Shown here: positions 7,010 to 16,586 of the stretch, piece after piece
How positions within the stretch are numbered: position 1 is the stretch's first letter
How the letters are laid out: every line of letters begins with the position of its first letter
DNA from: Acidobacteriota bacterium
GTDB lineage: Bacteria; Acidobacteriota; Terriglobia; Acidiferrales; UBA7541
Length of the DNA: 64,000 bases
Direction: 5' to 3'
NCBI GenBank assembly: GCA_027307115.1
Contig: DAHUXN010000083.1
Span: 2,775 to 66,774, forward strand
Position numbers and translations under genes: made by a program
Notes under the pieces: generated by a model
Databases searched by the model: none
What the model was told of the DNA's origin: nothing
What the model saw: the letters and a program-made list of their open reading frames with translations, nothing else

Positions 7010-9610
7010 TTGGTGAATGGGCGCCAAGGGCTGATTTGCACGATGATCGCGATTTTATTTGCCAGCGCGGCAGGGACGGCGAGTGGCCAGTCGAACGTTG
7101 GTCAGGCGTCGAAAGCCACGACTGCGAGCGGCACAACGCGAAAGCAAGTCAAACCGCAAGCGAGCAAGCCATTGACGAGTGATGCGGACAGCTTCACCTT
7201 CACACCTCAAAGCAATGACCGGCGCGTGAACTCTTTTCGCACCGCGCCGAAGCATTTTTTGCTGGATCAGAAAGCGATGTGGACTAGCCCGGCGCACATT
7301 CGTTTTCCAGACGCGACTTGGCTGGTTCCGCTGGGAGGTTTTACAGCCGGACTTTTCGCAACGGATACGGATGTGAGCCGGCACTTGAACAACGCGCCGA
7401 ATACCCTGAATCAGTACCGGAAGTTTTCGAACTACGGCGTCGGCGCAATGATCGGGGCGGCAGGCGGAGCTTATGTTTTGGGGTTTGCGACGCACAATCC
7501 GCACGAGCGCGAGACCGGTTTTCTGAGCGGCGAAGCGGCAGTGGATAGCGTTGTGGCGGCTGAAGCGCTGAAATACGTGTTCCAGCGAGAGCGTCCCGTT
7601 AACGACAACGCGAACGGCAAGTTCTGGAGCAACGGCGATTCGTTTCCGTCGATTCACGCAGCTGCAGCATGGTCCATTGCCAGCGTGGTCGCGCACGAAT
7701 ACCCGGGGGTGCTGCCGAAGGTGGCCGCTTACGGACTGGCGACGGCTATCAGCGCGGCGCGCGTTACAGGCAAAGAACACTTTCCCTCGGACGTGCTGGT
7801 TGGCAGCGCGATCGGCTGGCTGGTGGGGCAGTACGTTTATCGCGACCATCACGATCCGGATCTGCCGGGCGGAGGATGGAATCTCCTCGGCATCCGGCCC
7901 GAACTGCCTGGACATTGGCAGTCGAAATACATGGGCTCCCCCTACGTGCCGCTGGATAGCTGGGTGTATCCGGCATTGCTGCGTCTAGGCGCGCTTGGGT
8001 TCATCAAGAGTGATTTTGAAGGAATGCGTCCCTGGACGCGCATGGAGTGCGCCCGGCTGGTAGAAGAAGCCGACGAGAACATCGGCGATAACCCAGACGC
8101 GGGAAACCAGGCGACCCAGCTCGATAGCGCATTGCAAAGAGAATTCTCGCGCGAGATTGAACTGCTCGGCGGCGGGAATAATGCCGCTGCGCAAGTTGAG
8201 TCGGTCTATACGCGAGTCACGGGCATTTCGGGAAAGCCGCTCACCGATGGCTATCACTTTGGACAAACGATTGTGAACGACTATGGTCGGCCATACCAAG
8301 AAGGCGCGAACAACGTTACGGGCGTTTCGGGCTGGGCAACGGACGGGCCGTTTGTTGGCTATTTTCGCGGCGAATACCAGCACGCGGCGAGCGCGCCAGC
8401 TTTGCCTTTGAGCGCGCGACAGGCAATGGCGTCGGAGGATTTTCTCCCTGCTTCGTTTACGCCGGCGGCAACTCCGGTGCCGGTGACAGACCAATTCCGC
8501 CTTCTTGATTCTTATGTGGGCATGAACTTCCACAACTGGCAGATCACCTATGGCAAGCAAAGCCTTTGGTGGGGGCCGGACGCGGGCGGGCCGATGATGT
8601 TCAGCAACAATGCGGATCCCATCACCATGTTTCGTGTAAGCCGCGTCTCGCCCTTCAAACTGCCAAGCATTTTGGCGCTTTTTGGGCCGATGCGCATCGA
8701 ACTGTTCCTCGGGCAGCTTGATGGACAGCAAATTGATTTTGGCATACCAACGGGCTTTGTCGGAGGCTTGGGGCAACTGCTGGATCCGCAGCCGTTCATC
8801 CACGGCGAAAAAATCAGCTTCAAGCCAACGCGGAATTTCGAATTCAGCTTTTCGCGGACATCGCTTTTCGCCGGCGAAGGAGTTCCGTTTACGGCACATA
8901 CGGTTTTGAAGAGCCTGTTCAGCACCGGAAATGGACTGCCTGGAACTGCGGACGATCCTGGCGATCGGCGTTCGGGAATTGACTTCACGTACAGAGTGCC
9001 CGGACTCAGAAACTGGCTGACCCTCTATGGCGATGGATTCACCGATGACCAGGTATCCCCCCTGTTTGGGGCCTGGGACAAATCGGCGTGGACTGCGGGA
9101 ATCTACCTGCCTCGTTTGCCGGGAATTCCGAAGCTCGATTTTCGCGCGGAGGGAATGTACAGCGACCCTCCGATCGGAGGAACGGTTTCACACGGCTTTT
9201 TCTATTTCAATGGGCGCTACCGGAGCGGGTACACCGCCGATGGCAATTTGATGGGCAGCTGGATTGGGCGGCAGGGCCAAGGCGGCGAAGGCTGGACGAC
9301 CTACTGGTTCACGCCGGAGGATAAGCTGCAGTTCAATTTTCGGCACCAGAAGGTCAGCCAGCAGTTCGTTCCTTTCGGCGGAACGCTCACAGACGGAGGA
9401 GTGCGGGGAGATTTCTGGGTTGGTTCTCATATCAGCGTGTCCGCGGAGGTTCAATACGAAAAGTGGGACTTCCCGATTCTGTCGGCGACAAGAGAAACTG
9501 ATGTGACCACGTCGATCCAGTTTACGTATTGGCCGAAATTCTCACATATTCAACAAGACACATTAATTCATTCGAGACGTGACGAGATGAGTGAAGTCGC
9601 TGTTAAATAG
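7010..9610 (+). CDS. PAP2 (acid phosphatase-type) domain fused to a Wzi-like capsule-assembly beta-barrel
   Basis: The N-terminal third carries the three PAP2 motifs (KYVFQRERP; FPSIH; ARVTGKEHFPSDVLVG). The C-terminal 560 aa or so is beta-rich and resembles the Wzi family (ITYGKQSLWWGPDAGGPMMFSNNADPITMFRVSR...). A signal-like segment is present (MIAILFASAAGTASGQ). The start is unresolved between TTG 7010, GTG 7013 and ATG 7043. Confidence 0.65.
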   Translation: MVNGRQGLICTMIAILFASAAGTASGQSNVGQASKATTASGTTRKQVKPQASKPLTSDADSFTFTPQSNDRRVNSFRTAPKHFLLDQKAMWTSPAHIRFPDATWLVPLGGFTAGLFATDTDVSRHLNNAPNTLNQYRKFSNYGVGAMIGAAGGAYVLGFATHNPHERETGFLSGEAAVDSVVAAEALKYVFQRERPVNDNANGKFWSNGDSFPSIHAAAAWSIASVVAHEYPGVLPKVAAYGLATAISAARVTGKEHFPSDVLVGSAIGWLVGQYVYRDHHDPDLPGGGWNLLGIRPELPGHWQSKYMGSPYVPLDSWVYPALLRLGALGFIKSDFEGMRPWTRMECARLVEEADENIGDNPDAGNQATQLDSALQREFSREIELLGGGNNAAAQVESVYTRVTGISGKPLTDGYHFGQTIVNDYGRPYQEGANNVTGVSGWATDGPFVGYFRGEYQHAASAPALPLSARQAMASEDFLPASFTPAATPVPVTDQFRLLDSYVGMNFHNWQITYGKQSLWWGPDAGGPMMFSNNADPITMFRVSRVSPFKLPSILALFGPMRIELFLGQLDGQQIDFGIPTGFVGGLGQLLDPQPFIHGEKISFKPTRNFEFSFSRTSLFAGEGVPFTAHTVLKSLFSTGNGLPGTADDPGDRRSGIDFTYRVPGLRNWLTLYGDGFTDDQVSPLFGAWDKSAWTAGIYLPRLPGIPKLDFRAEGMYSDPPIGGTVSHGFFYFNGRYRSGYTADGNLMGSWIGRQGQGGEGWTTYWFTPEDKLQFNFRHQKVSQQFVPFGGTLTDGGVRGDFWVGSHISVSAEVQYEKWDFPILSATRETDVTTSIQFTYWPKFSHIQQDTLIHSRRDEMSEVAVK

Positions 9611-9623
9611 GAACGCAAAAGCA

Positions 9624-11000
9624 ATGCCGAAAGATCTCGAAAAGGCTGAGCGCACCCACGAAGAGGAGCTCGAGCTTGAGGAGCCACTTCTTCCCCTCGA
9701 ATCCGAGCAAGATGTCCGGGAGCGTCGCGAGAAGTCAATCGCAAGATTGCTTCTTGTATGGAATCAAAGAATATTTCTTGCTCGAATGGTTGCTATCGGA
9801 CTGGCGGGAGCGGCCTTGGTTGCTTTCCTGATTCCCAATAGCTACACGTCCACAACGCGATTGATGCCACCCGACCAAGGTCCAGAAGGCGGAATGGCTA
9901 TGCTCGCTGCGCTGGCAGGCAAGCCAGGGGGAACGATCGGAGGGCTGGGAGCCCAGCTTCTCGGGTTGAAAACTACAGGCGATCTGTTTATCGGGATACT
10001 TCAGAGCCGGACGGTAGAAGATGATCTGATCGGCAAATTCAATTTGCGGAAACTGTACAGCGATAAGCGTTTGGAGGATGCTCGCACAGAACTCGCGAAG
10101 AGAACTGGTGCCTCTCAAGATCGAAAAAGCGAAATCATCACGATTTCAGTTACCGATCGAAGCCCACAGCGCGCGCAGCAAATGGCCGAAGAGTACGTGA
10201 CGGAATTGAATAGCGTCGTCACGAATTTGAATACCTCTTCTGCACATCGGGAACGAGTCTTCCTCGAAGGGCGCTTAAGCCAGGTCCAGCAAAATCTCGA
10301 GTCTGCAGAGAAACAGTTCAGTCAGTTTGCCAGCAAGAACACGGCGATCGATATCCAGGAACAGGGCAAGGCCATGATTCAGGCTGGTGCAGCCCTTGAA
10401 GGCCAGCTCATCGCTGCGCAAACGGAACTTGAAGGGTTGCGTCAGATCTTCACCGACAACAATGTTCGGGTCCGCGAAACCCAAGCGCGTATCGACGAAA
10501 TTCGTCGGCAATTACAGAAGCTAGGCGGAACGAGTCCTCCTTCCACCGATGCTAAAGCAGCAGCGACGGCTGATGCGGGTTCACTTTATCCGTCGATTCG
10601 CGAACTCCCAGTCTTGGGTGTGACATATGCCGATTTGTACAGGCAAATGAAAGTTCAAGAAGCCGTTTTCGAGGCACTGACACAGGAGTATGAGCTTGCC
10701 AAGGTCGAAGAAGCGAAGGAGACGCCGAGCGTGAAGGTTCTCGACCCAGCGAATATCCCTGAGAAGAAATCGTCGCCGCCCCGCCTATTGATAGTGTTCG
10801 CAGGTACGTTCCTGGCAGGAACTTTTGGAATCGCATGGGTGCTTGGGAGTGCCAAATGGCAGGAAATTGATGGACAGGATCCGGGGAAGGTGCTGGCCCG
10901 GGAAGTTTTTCATTCTGTTAGAAAGCACGTGCCATTGCTATCGCGAAATGGTTCGTCAGCGATTGCAGACAATAGCTCAAACCTAAAAGAGAAGAACTGA
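9624..11000 (+). CDS. polysaccharide co-polymerase (Wzz/GumC-type PCP) without tyrosine-kinase domain
   Basis: N-terminal TM helix plus Wzz-like segment (IFLARMVAIGLAGAALVAFLIPNSYTSTTRLMPP), then a long coiled-coil region, then a GNVR-like end with a second TM helix (VKVLDPANIPEKKSSPPRLLIVFAGTFLAGTFGIAWVLG). There is no Walker-A kinase module. ATG 9624 is preferred over 9591, which overlaps the upstream gene by 20 nt. Confidence 0.75.
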   Translation: MPKDLEKAERTHEEELELEEPLLPLESEQDVRERREKSIARLLLVWNQRIFLARMVAIGLAGAALVAFLIPNSYTSTTRLMPPDQGPEGGMAMLAALAGKPGGTIGGLGAQLLGLKTTGDLFIGILQSRTVEDDLIGKFNLRKLYSDKRLEDARTELAKRTGASQDRKSEIITISVTDRSPQRAQQMAEEYVTELNSVVTNLNTSSAHRERVFLEGRLSQVQQNLESAEKQFSQFASKNTAIDIQEQGKAMIQAGAALEGQLIAAQTELEGLRQIFTDNNVRVRETQARIDEIRRQLQKLGGTSPPSTDAKAAATADAGSLYPSIRELPVLGVTYADLYRQMKVQEAVFEALTQEYELAKVEEAKETPSVKVLDPANIPEKKSSPPRLLIVFAGTFLAGTFGIAWVLGSAKWQEIDGQDPGKVLAREVFHSVRKHVPLLSRNGSSAIADNSSNLKEKN

Positions 11001-11056
11001 ATGAGCTGGGAAAATATAAAGGCTATGGTCTGCAGAGAGGCCATTTCCCGAGACTG

Positions 11057-12643
11057 ATGGCGAGCGGATTCCAACCTATTTGGCGCTGGTTCTCGTTCGC
11101 AGACCTAGCTCTCGCGGAGCGAGCCCAGGGGTCGGCCACCAGTGCATCGGGTGATGTTGTCTCCTCACAGAGGAAGCAACGTGATGGTCGCCGACGTAGC
11201 GGTCAGGCGCGCGCTCGGTCGGTTCGCCAGATCAGTGGGCGATGGATCCGAATATCATACGCGCTGGTAGACTTGCTTCTTGTCTGTATTGATGGCTTCA
11301 TCGCATTGTCACTACGTTTCTTCGGAAATTCTGTCAAGGATATCCTGCATTGGCGCCGCGCAATCGCTGAAACCGGTCTTCCTGTCGGGCATTACGCTGC
11401 ATTTTTGCTGCTTTATGCCGTCGTGATTCTCCTGTTTTGCCAGAGCCAGGATCTTTATCGCACGGTTCGGACGCGAACTGCGATGGAAGAATCTCTGGCA
11501 GTTTTCAAAGCAGTGTTCTTCGCTACGCTGTTGCTTTCAGCGTTCGTGTATCTATCGGGAGTGAAAATTGTCTCGAGGCTCGTTGTAGGTTACGCCGGCG
11601 CGCTCAACGTCATGGCGTTCATCACTTGGAGGCTGTGGAAGAGAAGAATAATACTTCAGCGTGCTTCCAAAGGGATCGGCACAAGAAACGTATTGATTGT
11701 TGGTGCCGGACGCATCGGGCAAGCTCTGGCTGCACTTCTCGAAGAAAACAAACTGCTCGGGTACTCCTTCAAGGGTTTTCTTGATGCCAATCACAGCACA
11801 GATCCGCGACTCTTGGGAAAGATTGAGGATCTCGCCCGTATTGCCCAAGCTGAGTTTGCGGATGACGTCTTCATATCCATTCCGTCCGAGAGAGAACTGG
11901 TGAAAACCGTGGCGGCTGAAGCGCGTCGCCATCGTTTGGCAGTCAAAGTCGTGCCGGATTTGTATGACGGCTTCGGCTGGAATGCGCCGATAAGCCACGT
12001 AGGTCATTTCCCCGTTATGGAACTTCACCGGGAGCCGATTCCTTCCGTTGGACTATTTTTTAAGCGTGTTATTGACGTAGTAGGGTCCGGTCTGGGATTG
12101 ATTGTTCTGTCGCCAGTTTTGGCGGCCATCAGCATAGGCGTCCGCCTGAATTCACGGGGGCCGGTCATTTATTCTTCGCCGCGTGTGGGCCGGAAAGGGC
12201 GGAAGTTTGTTTGCTACAAATTTCGCACAATGGTCGCCAATGCAGACGCAGTGAAAAATGAACTGCGGCATTTGAACGAACGTGAGGGCCCGACTTTTAA
12301 GATCACGAAGGACCCGCGTATAACTCAGTTCGGCAGATTTCTAAGAAAATACAGTCTGGATGAGTTGCCGCAGTTGTGGAATGTACTGAAAGGCGAGATG
12401 AGTTTGGTTGGCCCACGACCTCATCCGTTGGACGACTACGAACAATATCAGCTGGAGCACCTGAAGCGCCTTGACATTAAGCCGGGCGTTACAGGTCTTT
12501 GGCAAGTCACCGCGCGCAGGCATCCGTCTTTTGACGCGAATATGCGTCTCGATCTCGAATACATCGAAAACTGGAACCTCTGGATGGATGTAAAGATTTT
12601 ATTCATGACACTGACAGTGGTTTTCAACGGATCGGGGTCTTAG
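11057..12643 (+). CDS. initiating polyprenyl-phosphate hexose-1-phosphate transferase (WbaP/WcaJ/EpsB-type, Bac_transf domain)
   Basis: C-terminal KRVIDVVGSGLGLIVLSPVLAAISIGVRLNSRGPVIYSSPRVGRKGRKFVCYKFRTM...DELPQLWNVLKGEMSLVGPRP. N-terminal TM helices and a Rossmann-like VLIVGAGRIGQALA segment are also present. Confidence 0.9.
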   Translation: MASGFQPIWRWFSFADLALAERAQGSATSASGDVVSSQRKQRDGRRRSGQARARSVRQISGRWIRISYALVDLLLVCIDGFIALSLRFFGNSVKDILHWRRAIAETGLPVGHYAAFLLLYAVVILLFCQSQDLYRTVRTRTAMEESLAVFKAVFFATLLLSAFVYLSGVKIVSRLVVGYAGALNVMAFITWRLWKRRIILQRASKGIGTRNVLIVGAGRIGQALAALLEENKLLGYSFKGFLDANHSTDPRLLGKIEDLARIAQAEFADDVFISIPSERELVKTVAAEARRHRLAVKVVPDLYDGFGWNAPISHVGHFPVMELHREPIPSVGLFFKRVIDVVGSGLGLIVLSPVLAAISIGVRLNSRGPVIYSSPRVGRKGRKFVCYKFRTMVANADAVKNELRHLNEREGPTFKITKDPRITQFGRFLRKYSLDELPQLWNVLKGEMSLVGPRPHPLDDYEQYQLEHLKRLDIKPGVTGLWQVTARRHPSFDANMRLDLEYIENWNLWMDVKILFMTLTVVFNGSGS

Positions 12644-12732
12644 AACTAATGATGCTCATGGTGTATCAAGCCTCGAGCGTACGCAGCGGCTTTCACAACC
12701 GTTCAGCGATGGGCCATCCATGATTAGAGACA

Positions 12733-14073
12733 TTGAGACACAAAGCCAATAGCGAAGTGGGAAAAACTCCGAGGATTCCAGTCTTGAAGGCTCAGCTTGG
12801 GAAGGGATTTTGGTCTCTAACCGATCAAGGCGCTGTCAGTCTCGGAAACTTTATGACTCAAATTATTCTGGCCCGCAGTCTGTCTGGTTCTAAGTACGGT
12901 ATTTTCACCCTCCTTTTTGGGGTTTCGTTGATCTTCTTCACTTGCCAGGGTGGCCTGATCACTTATCCCCTCTCCCTGAAAGGCGCAACAGTTGGGAAGA
13001 TTGAGCTTCGCAAGCTGGCCTTCGCGTCACTCATTTTGACCGCGCTTTTGGTTGTTCCACTCTCACCGATTGTTTTCGGAACCACGCTGGTACTCGGTGT
13101 TGCGCCGCTGAGTTTGGTTGTCATCCTTGCCATGTTGCTTTGGCAGGTTCAAGAAACTTTCCGCCGCGCTCTCATGGCGCACTTGCGACACCGCGATGCG
13201 GTTTGGGGCGATTCCTTGAGTTATTTGGGACAGGCGGCTGTGTTGTGGGTGCTTGCTCATAAGGGTGGTATGACGTTGGAACGGGCGTTTCTTGTGCTCG
13301 CCTTGACGTCGGCGGCAGCAGCGTTGCTGCAATCCGTTCAGTTGGGGTTGGTCCCAATGCCCGTGCGGCAAATCATGGCTCTTGCGCGGGAATATTGGTC
13401 CGTGGGCCGGTGGGCCCTGTGTACGGGCATCAACGAAGCGGCCTCGCGCCAGGCATTTCCCTGGGCTTTGGCGCTGCTCTACGGCCCGCAGGAGGCCGCT
13501 TCATTCCAGGCAATAATGAACGTTCTCGGAGTGAGCCACCCGGTTCTCTTCAGCACAAACAACTTGATCGTGCCGGCCGCCGCGGGCGCACACAAAAAAG
13601 GAGGCGTTCGCGCTGCTTGGCGCGCCTCCATCCTTTACGGCTCCGTCGGCGTGGCGCTTCTCGTTCCTTATTTTTTATTGCTGATGGTCTGGCCGCACGC
13701 AATTCTTTCGCTTTTCTATGGCAGGCTCTCGCCGTACACAAACTTCCGCGGAGGCCTTCGGCTGGCCGTTCTGGCTTATTCGTTTGCTTACGGCGCCGTT
13801 GTGCTTGAGGCGTTCCTGTATAGCTTTGGCCGGTCCAAGCTCGTACTTGCGGCAAGCCTGGTAGGTACCGCGCTGGCGCTGGCGCCCTCGGCGGGCTCCA
13901 TCGTGTATTTCAAGGTGACTGGGGCGATTGCAGGACTTCTCACAATGGCGGCTGGTCGGATGGCAGTGAGTGCCATCCTGACAAGACGGACATTTCGTCA
14001 AGAAAGCGTGCCACGTGCCGCGGCAAACGGTGATTCATTGGCGGACCCGTCGCTGGCGGTGAAGGGGGCGTGA
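12733..14073 (+). CDS. wzx: Wzx-type flippase (MOP superfamily polysaccharide biosynthesis protein)
   Basis: 446-aa polytopic membrane protein with 12 or more hydrophobic helices. It sits between the initiating transferase and the polymerase. The start codon is uncertain (TTG 12733). Confidence 0.65.
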   Translation: MRHKANSEVGKTPRIPVLKAQLGKGFWSLTDQGAVSLGNFMTQIILARSLSGSKYGIFTLLFGVSLIFFTCQGGLITYPLSLKGATVGKIELRKLAFASLILTALLVVPLSPIVFGTTLVLGVAPLSLVVILAMLLWQVQETFRRALMAHLRHRDAVWGDSLSYLGQAAVLWVLAHKGGMTLERAFLVLALTSAAAALLQSVQLGLVPMPVRQIMALAREYWSVGRWALCTGINEAASRQAFPWALALLYGPQEAASFQAIMNVLGVSHPVLFSTNNLIVPAAAGAHKKGGVRAAWRASILYGSVGVALLVPYFLLLMVWPHAILSLFYGRLSPYTNFRGGLRLAVLAYSFAYGAVVLEAFLYSFGRSKLVLAASLVGTALALAPSAGSIVYFKVTGAIAGLLTMAAGRMAVSAILTRRTFRQESVPRAAANGDSLADPSLAVKGA

Positions 14074-14192
14074 CAACCACCGCATGAACGCACGAAAAGT
14101 GAGCCCCGTTCTCAAATCGTGGGTTTTCTGATGATCAACTTCGCACCTGTGACGCGCTCATGGATGCGCGTGGGTAATTCTGGGGTTGAGCA

Positions 14193-15563
14193 ATGAACGA
14201 GGTCGCGGCAAAATCAACGCTTCCCGACGGATGGAGCCGTATCGCTCTTATCCTGGTCCTGGGCTATTGCCTAATGGGCCGCAGTTTCGCCTACCTGGGA
14301 ATCCCGCCGTGGCATCTCTTCATCGGAGAAATCATTCTCGCGGCTTTTCTTCTCGCCGGACCGAGGACGGCGCGAGGTTCCTGGGCGCATCTGGCGCGCC
14401 GAATCCGGCCGCTGCGCCGCTTATTGAAATTCTATTTAATCTTTCTGGTCTATGGAATTTTTCAGGTTCTCCGGGGAATCGCACTCGGACACCCGCCTCT
14501 CACTGCGGTACGCGATCTCGCGTTCAATTATTATCCTGTGTTTTTCCTTCTCGGTCTGTGGGTTGGGTTGCGGAAACCAAATTTCCTTCCGCGTTTGTTC
14601 CGAGCCCTGGGGTGGTTCAACGGCGTTTACGGTATTTGTTTCATCCTGTTTCTCAGCAGGATTCCATGGACGATACCGGGTGTTTCTTCCACCATTGCAC
14701 CCGTATTAGTGTTTGGCCAGCCCCAAGCGTCATCAGCGATCTGTCTCCTGGGCCTCCTAGCCTTCGAACAAAATCTACGGCGCATTTCGCACTTGTTGGT
14801 CCTAAACTCTTTTGTGCTTCTTGGCGTCGCGTTGCGCGGCGAATGGCTCGCCTTTGCAGTTGGCCTCCTAGTTTGGTCCTGGCTGACCAAGAAGCTCCGC
14901 CGTTTGGTGGCAGGAGCGGCTTGTACGGTTCTATTGTTAGGCGTGATGTATGCAGTCGATCTTAGCATTCCAGCTCCTGAAAGCAGGAGCGGCACGATAT
15001 CCACGAAAAACATTATCGGGCGCGCCCTTGCCCCTATAGATCCTGACCTCGCTGCGGACTATACGTCGAACTTTCAGAACTATCAGAGCACTGCTCTTTG
15101 GCGCACAGTGTGGTGGGTTGCCATTTGGGAAGCAGTTCACGCTGACCACCGACGTGCGTTCTTGGGTTTCGGTTACGGATATCCTCTCGGTGACCTGGTA
15201 CCGTACCTGGAAGGAGACTTTATACAGACTCCGCACAGCGTATTTTTCTATGTCCTTGCTTACACCGGTTGGATAGGTGTGGGCCTGTTTGCGCTTTTCC
15301 AAGTAGAGCTTTTGCGGTTGCTGGTAAAGGCTTTCCACGCCACTGGGCAGGCCTTTGGCGTCGCATTATGGGCGGGGCTTATTGCCCTAGGCCTTTTCGA
15401 GCCCTATTTCGAATCGCCGTACGGGGCAATTCCGTTTTACTTGATCATGGGATGCGTCTTGGCTATGTCATTGCGCCCCCGACCAATTTTTCATAGTGGC
15501 CTTTCCGCGAGACGTCCGCCGATCCCGCATTGCGCCGGGGAACCAGGAACATTGAACCGATGA
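14193..15563 (+). CDS. wzy: Wzy-type polymerase / O-antigen-ligase family membrane protein
   Basis: 456-aa polytopic membrane protein with a Wzy_C-like loop and helix (RRAFLGFGYGYPLGD...IQTPHSVFFYVLAYTGWIGVGLF). Confidence 0.7.
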   Translation: MNEVAAKSTLPDGWSRIALILVLGYCLMGRSFAYLGIPPWHLFIGEIILAAFLLAGPRTARGSWAHLARRIRPLRRLLKFYLIFLVYGIFQVLRGIALGHPPLTAVRDLAFNYYPVFFLLGLWVGLRKPNFLPRLFRALGWFNGVYGICFILFLSRIPWTIPGVSSTIAPVLVFGQPQASSAICLLGLLAFEQNLRRISHLLVLNSFVLLGVALRGEWLAFAVGLLVWSWLTKKLRRLVAGAACTVLLLGVMYAVDLSIPAPESRSGTISTKNIIGRALAPIDPDLAADYTSNFQNYQSTALWRTVWWVAIWEAVHADHRRAFLGFGYGYPLGDLVPYLEGDFIQTPHSVFFYVLAYTGWIGVGLFALFQVELLRLLVKAFHATGQAFGVALWAGLIALGLFEPYFESPYGAIPFYLIMGCVLAMSLRPRPIFHSGLSARRPPIPHCAGEPGTLNR

Positions 15564-16540
15564 ATACAAATGACGTAGCCGTCAGCATCGTCACCATGAA
15601 CGGAAGAAAGTACCTTCAGCGCTGTCTAGACGCAGTTTTTGCGCAGACTCATCGGTCCATCGGCGTCTACGTTCTGGACAATGCCTCGAGCGACGGTACA
15701 GCTAGCTTTGTCTCGGCAAATTTTCCCGAGGTCACGATAATTTTAGCGGACAGGAATATTGGATTTGGAGCCGGCCACAACCAAGTGATTCGGCGGACCC
15801 AAGCTCCCTTCGTGCTCGTCCTGAATCAGGATGCGTATCTCGCCCCGACCTTTATCGAGGAACTCGTCGCTGCAATGAACGCGAATCCGAGAGTTGGAAT
15901 CGCAGGGGGGAAACTTTACTCGCTCAGGAACGCCGCGCCGAATGGCAATTCTGAGAACATTCTCGACATGACATGGCTCGACATTGAGAAGAAAAGGCGG
16001 CAGGTATGCTACGCCATGGGCAGCCGGGATGAGGGCGATTACTCGTCACCGAGTCTTGTTTTCGCAATTGATGGAGCCGCCACGCTTCTTCGGCGATCGA
16101 TGCTTGAGGATGTCCAGTTCGAGGGGGAATACTACGACGAGGACTTCTTCGCGGGAAAAGAAGACTTGGACATTTCGTGGCGCGCGCAACTTTGTGGCTG
16201 GAAATGCCTGTACGTTCCTTCCGCAGTCGGAGACCACTTGCGAACATTCACTCCTAAGGACCGGCGCTCGCAAATCCCTGAGGTCCTCAGGGTTAGTTCT
16301 ATCCGCAATCGATACCTCCTGATGATGAAAAACGACTTGTTGAGGCACTTCCTGAGGCACCTCCCCCATATCTTGGCCTATGACTTGAAGATATTTGGCT
16401 ACCTTTTGCTTCGCGAGCGTTCATCCCTGAAAGGTTATGCACAGGTGTTGCAGCTGCTTCCAAGAGCTGCTAAGAAGCGTAGGGCTATCATGAGTCGGAA
16501 GAGAGTCGATGACGGGTATATCTTGCAGTGGTTTAGATAA
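15560..16540 (+). CDS. family 2 glycosyltransferase
   Basis: MNTNDVAVSIVTMNGRKYLQRCLDAVFAQT...VLDNASSDGT...LNQDAYL shows the GT-A/GT2 signature. ATG 15560 overlaps the wzy stop (ATGA). Confidence 0.85.
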   Translation: MNTNDVAVSIVTMNGRKYLQRCLDAVFAQTHRSIGVYVLDNASSDGTASFVSANFPEVTIILADRNIGFGAGHNQVIRRTQAPFVLVLNQDAYLAPTFIEELVAAMNANPRVGIAGGKLYSLRNAAPNGNSENILDMTWLDIEKKRRQVCYAMGSRDEGDYSSPSLVFAIDGAATLLRRSMLEDVQFEGEYYDEDFFAGKEDLDISWRAQLCGWKCLYVPSAVGDHLRTFTPKDRRSQIPEVLRVSSIRNRYLLMMKNDLLRHFLRHLPHILAYDLKIFGYLLLRERSSLKGYAQVLQLLPRAAKKRRAIMSRKRVDDGYILQWFR

Positions 16541-16586
16541 AACCGCACGCCGAATCCAGGGTACGTAAGACTAGATTCGGACGTTC

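Noticed and set aside
9591-9623. Upstream start for the PCP gene (MKSLLNRNAKA…).
   Set aside because: It overlaps the end of the PAP2-Wzi gene by 20 nt. ATG 9624 gives a clean 13-nt spacing. Neither start can be proven from sequence alone, so the shorter form is reported.
14186-14965. 259-aa alternative-frame ORF overlapping the 5' part of wzy.
   Set aside because: The frame starting at 14193 gives a coherent polytopic membrane protein for 456 aa. The alternative frame is Pro/Arg/Ser-rich with no membrane or domain signal.
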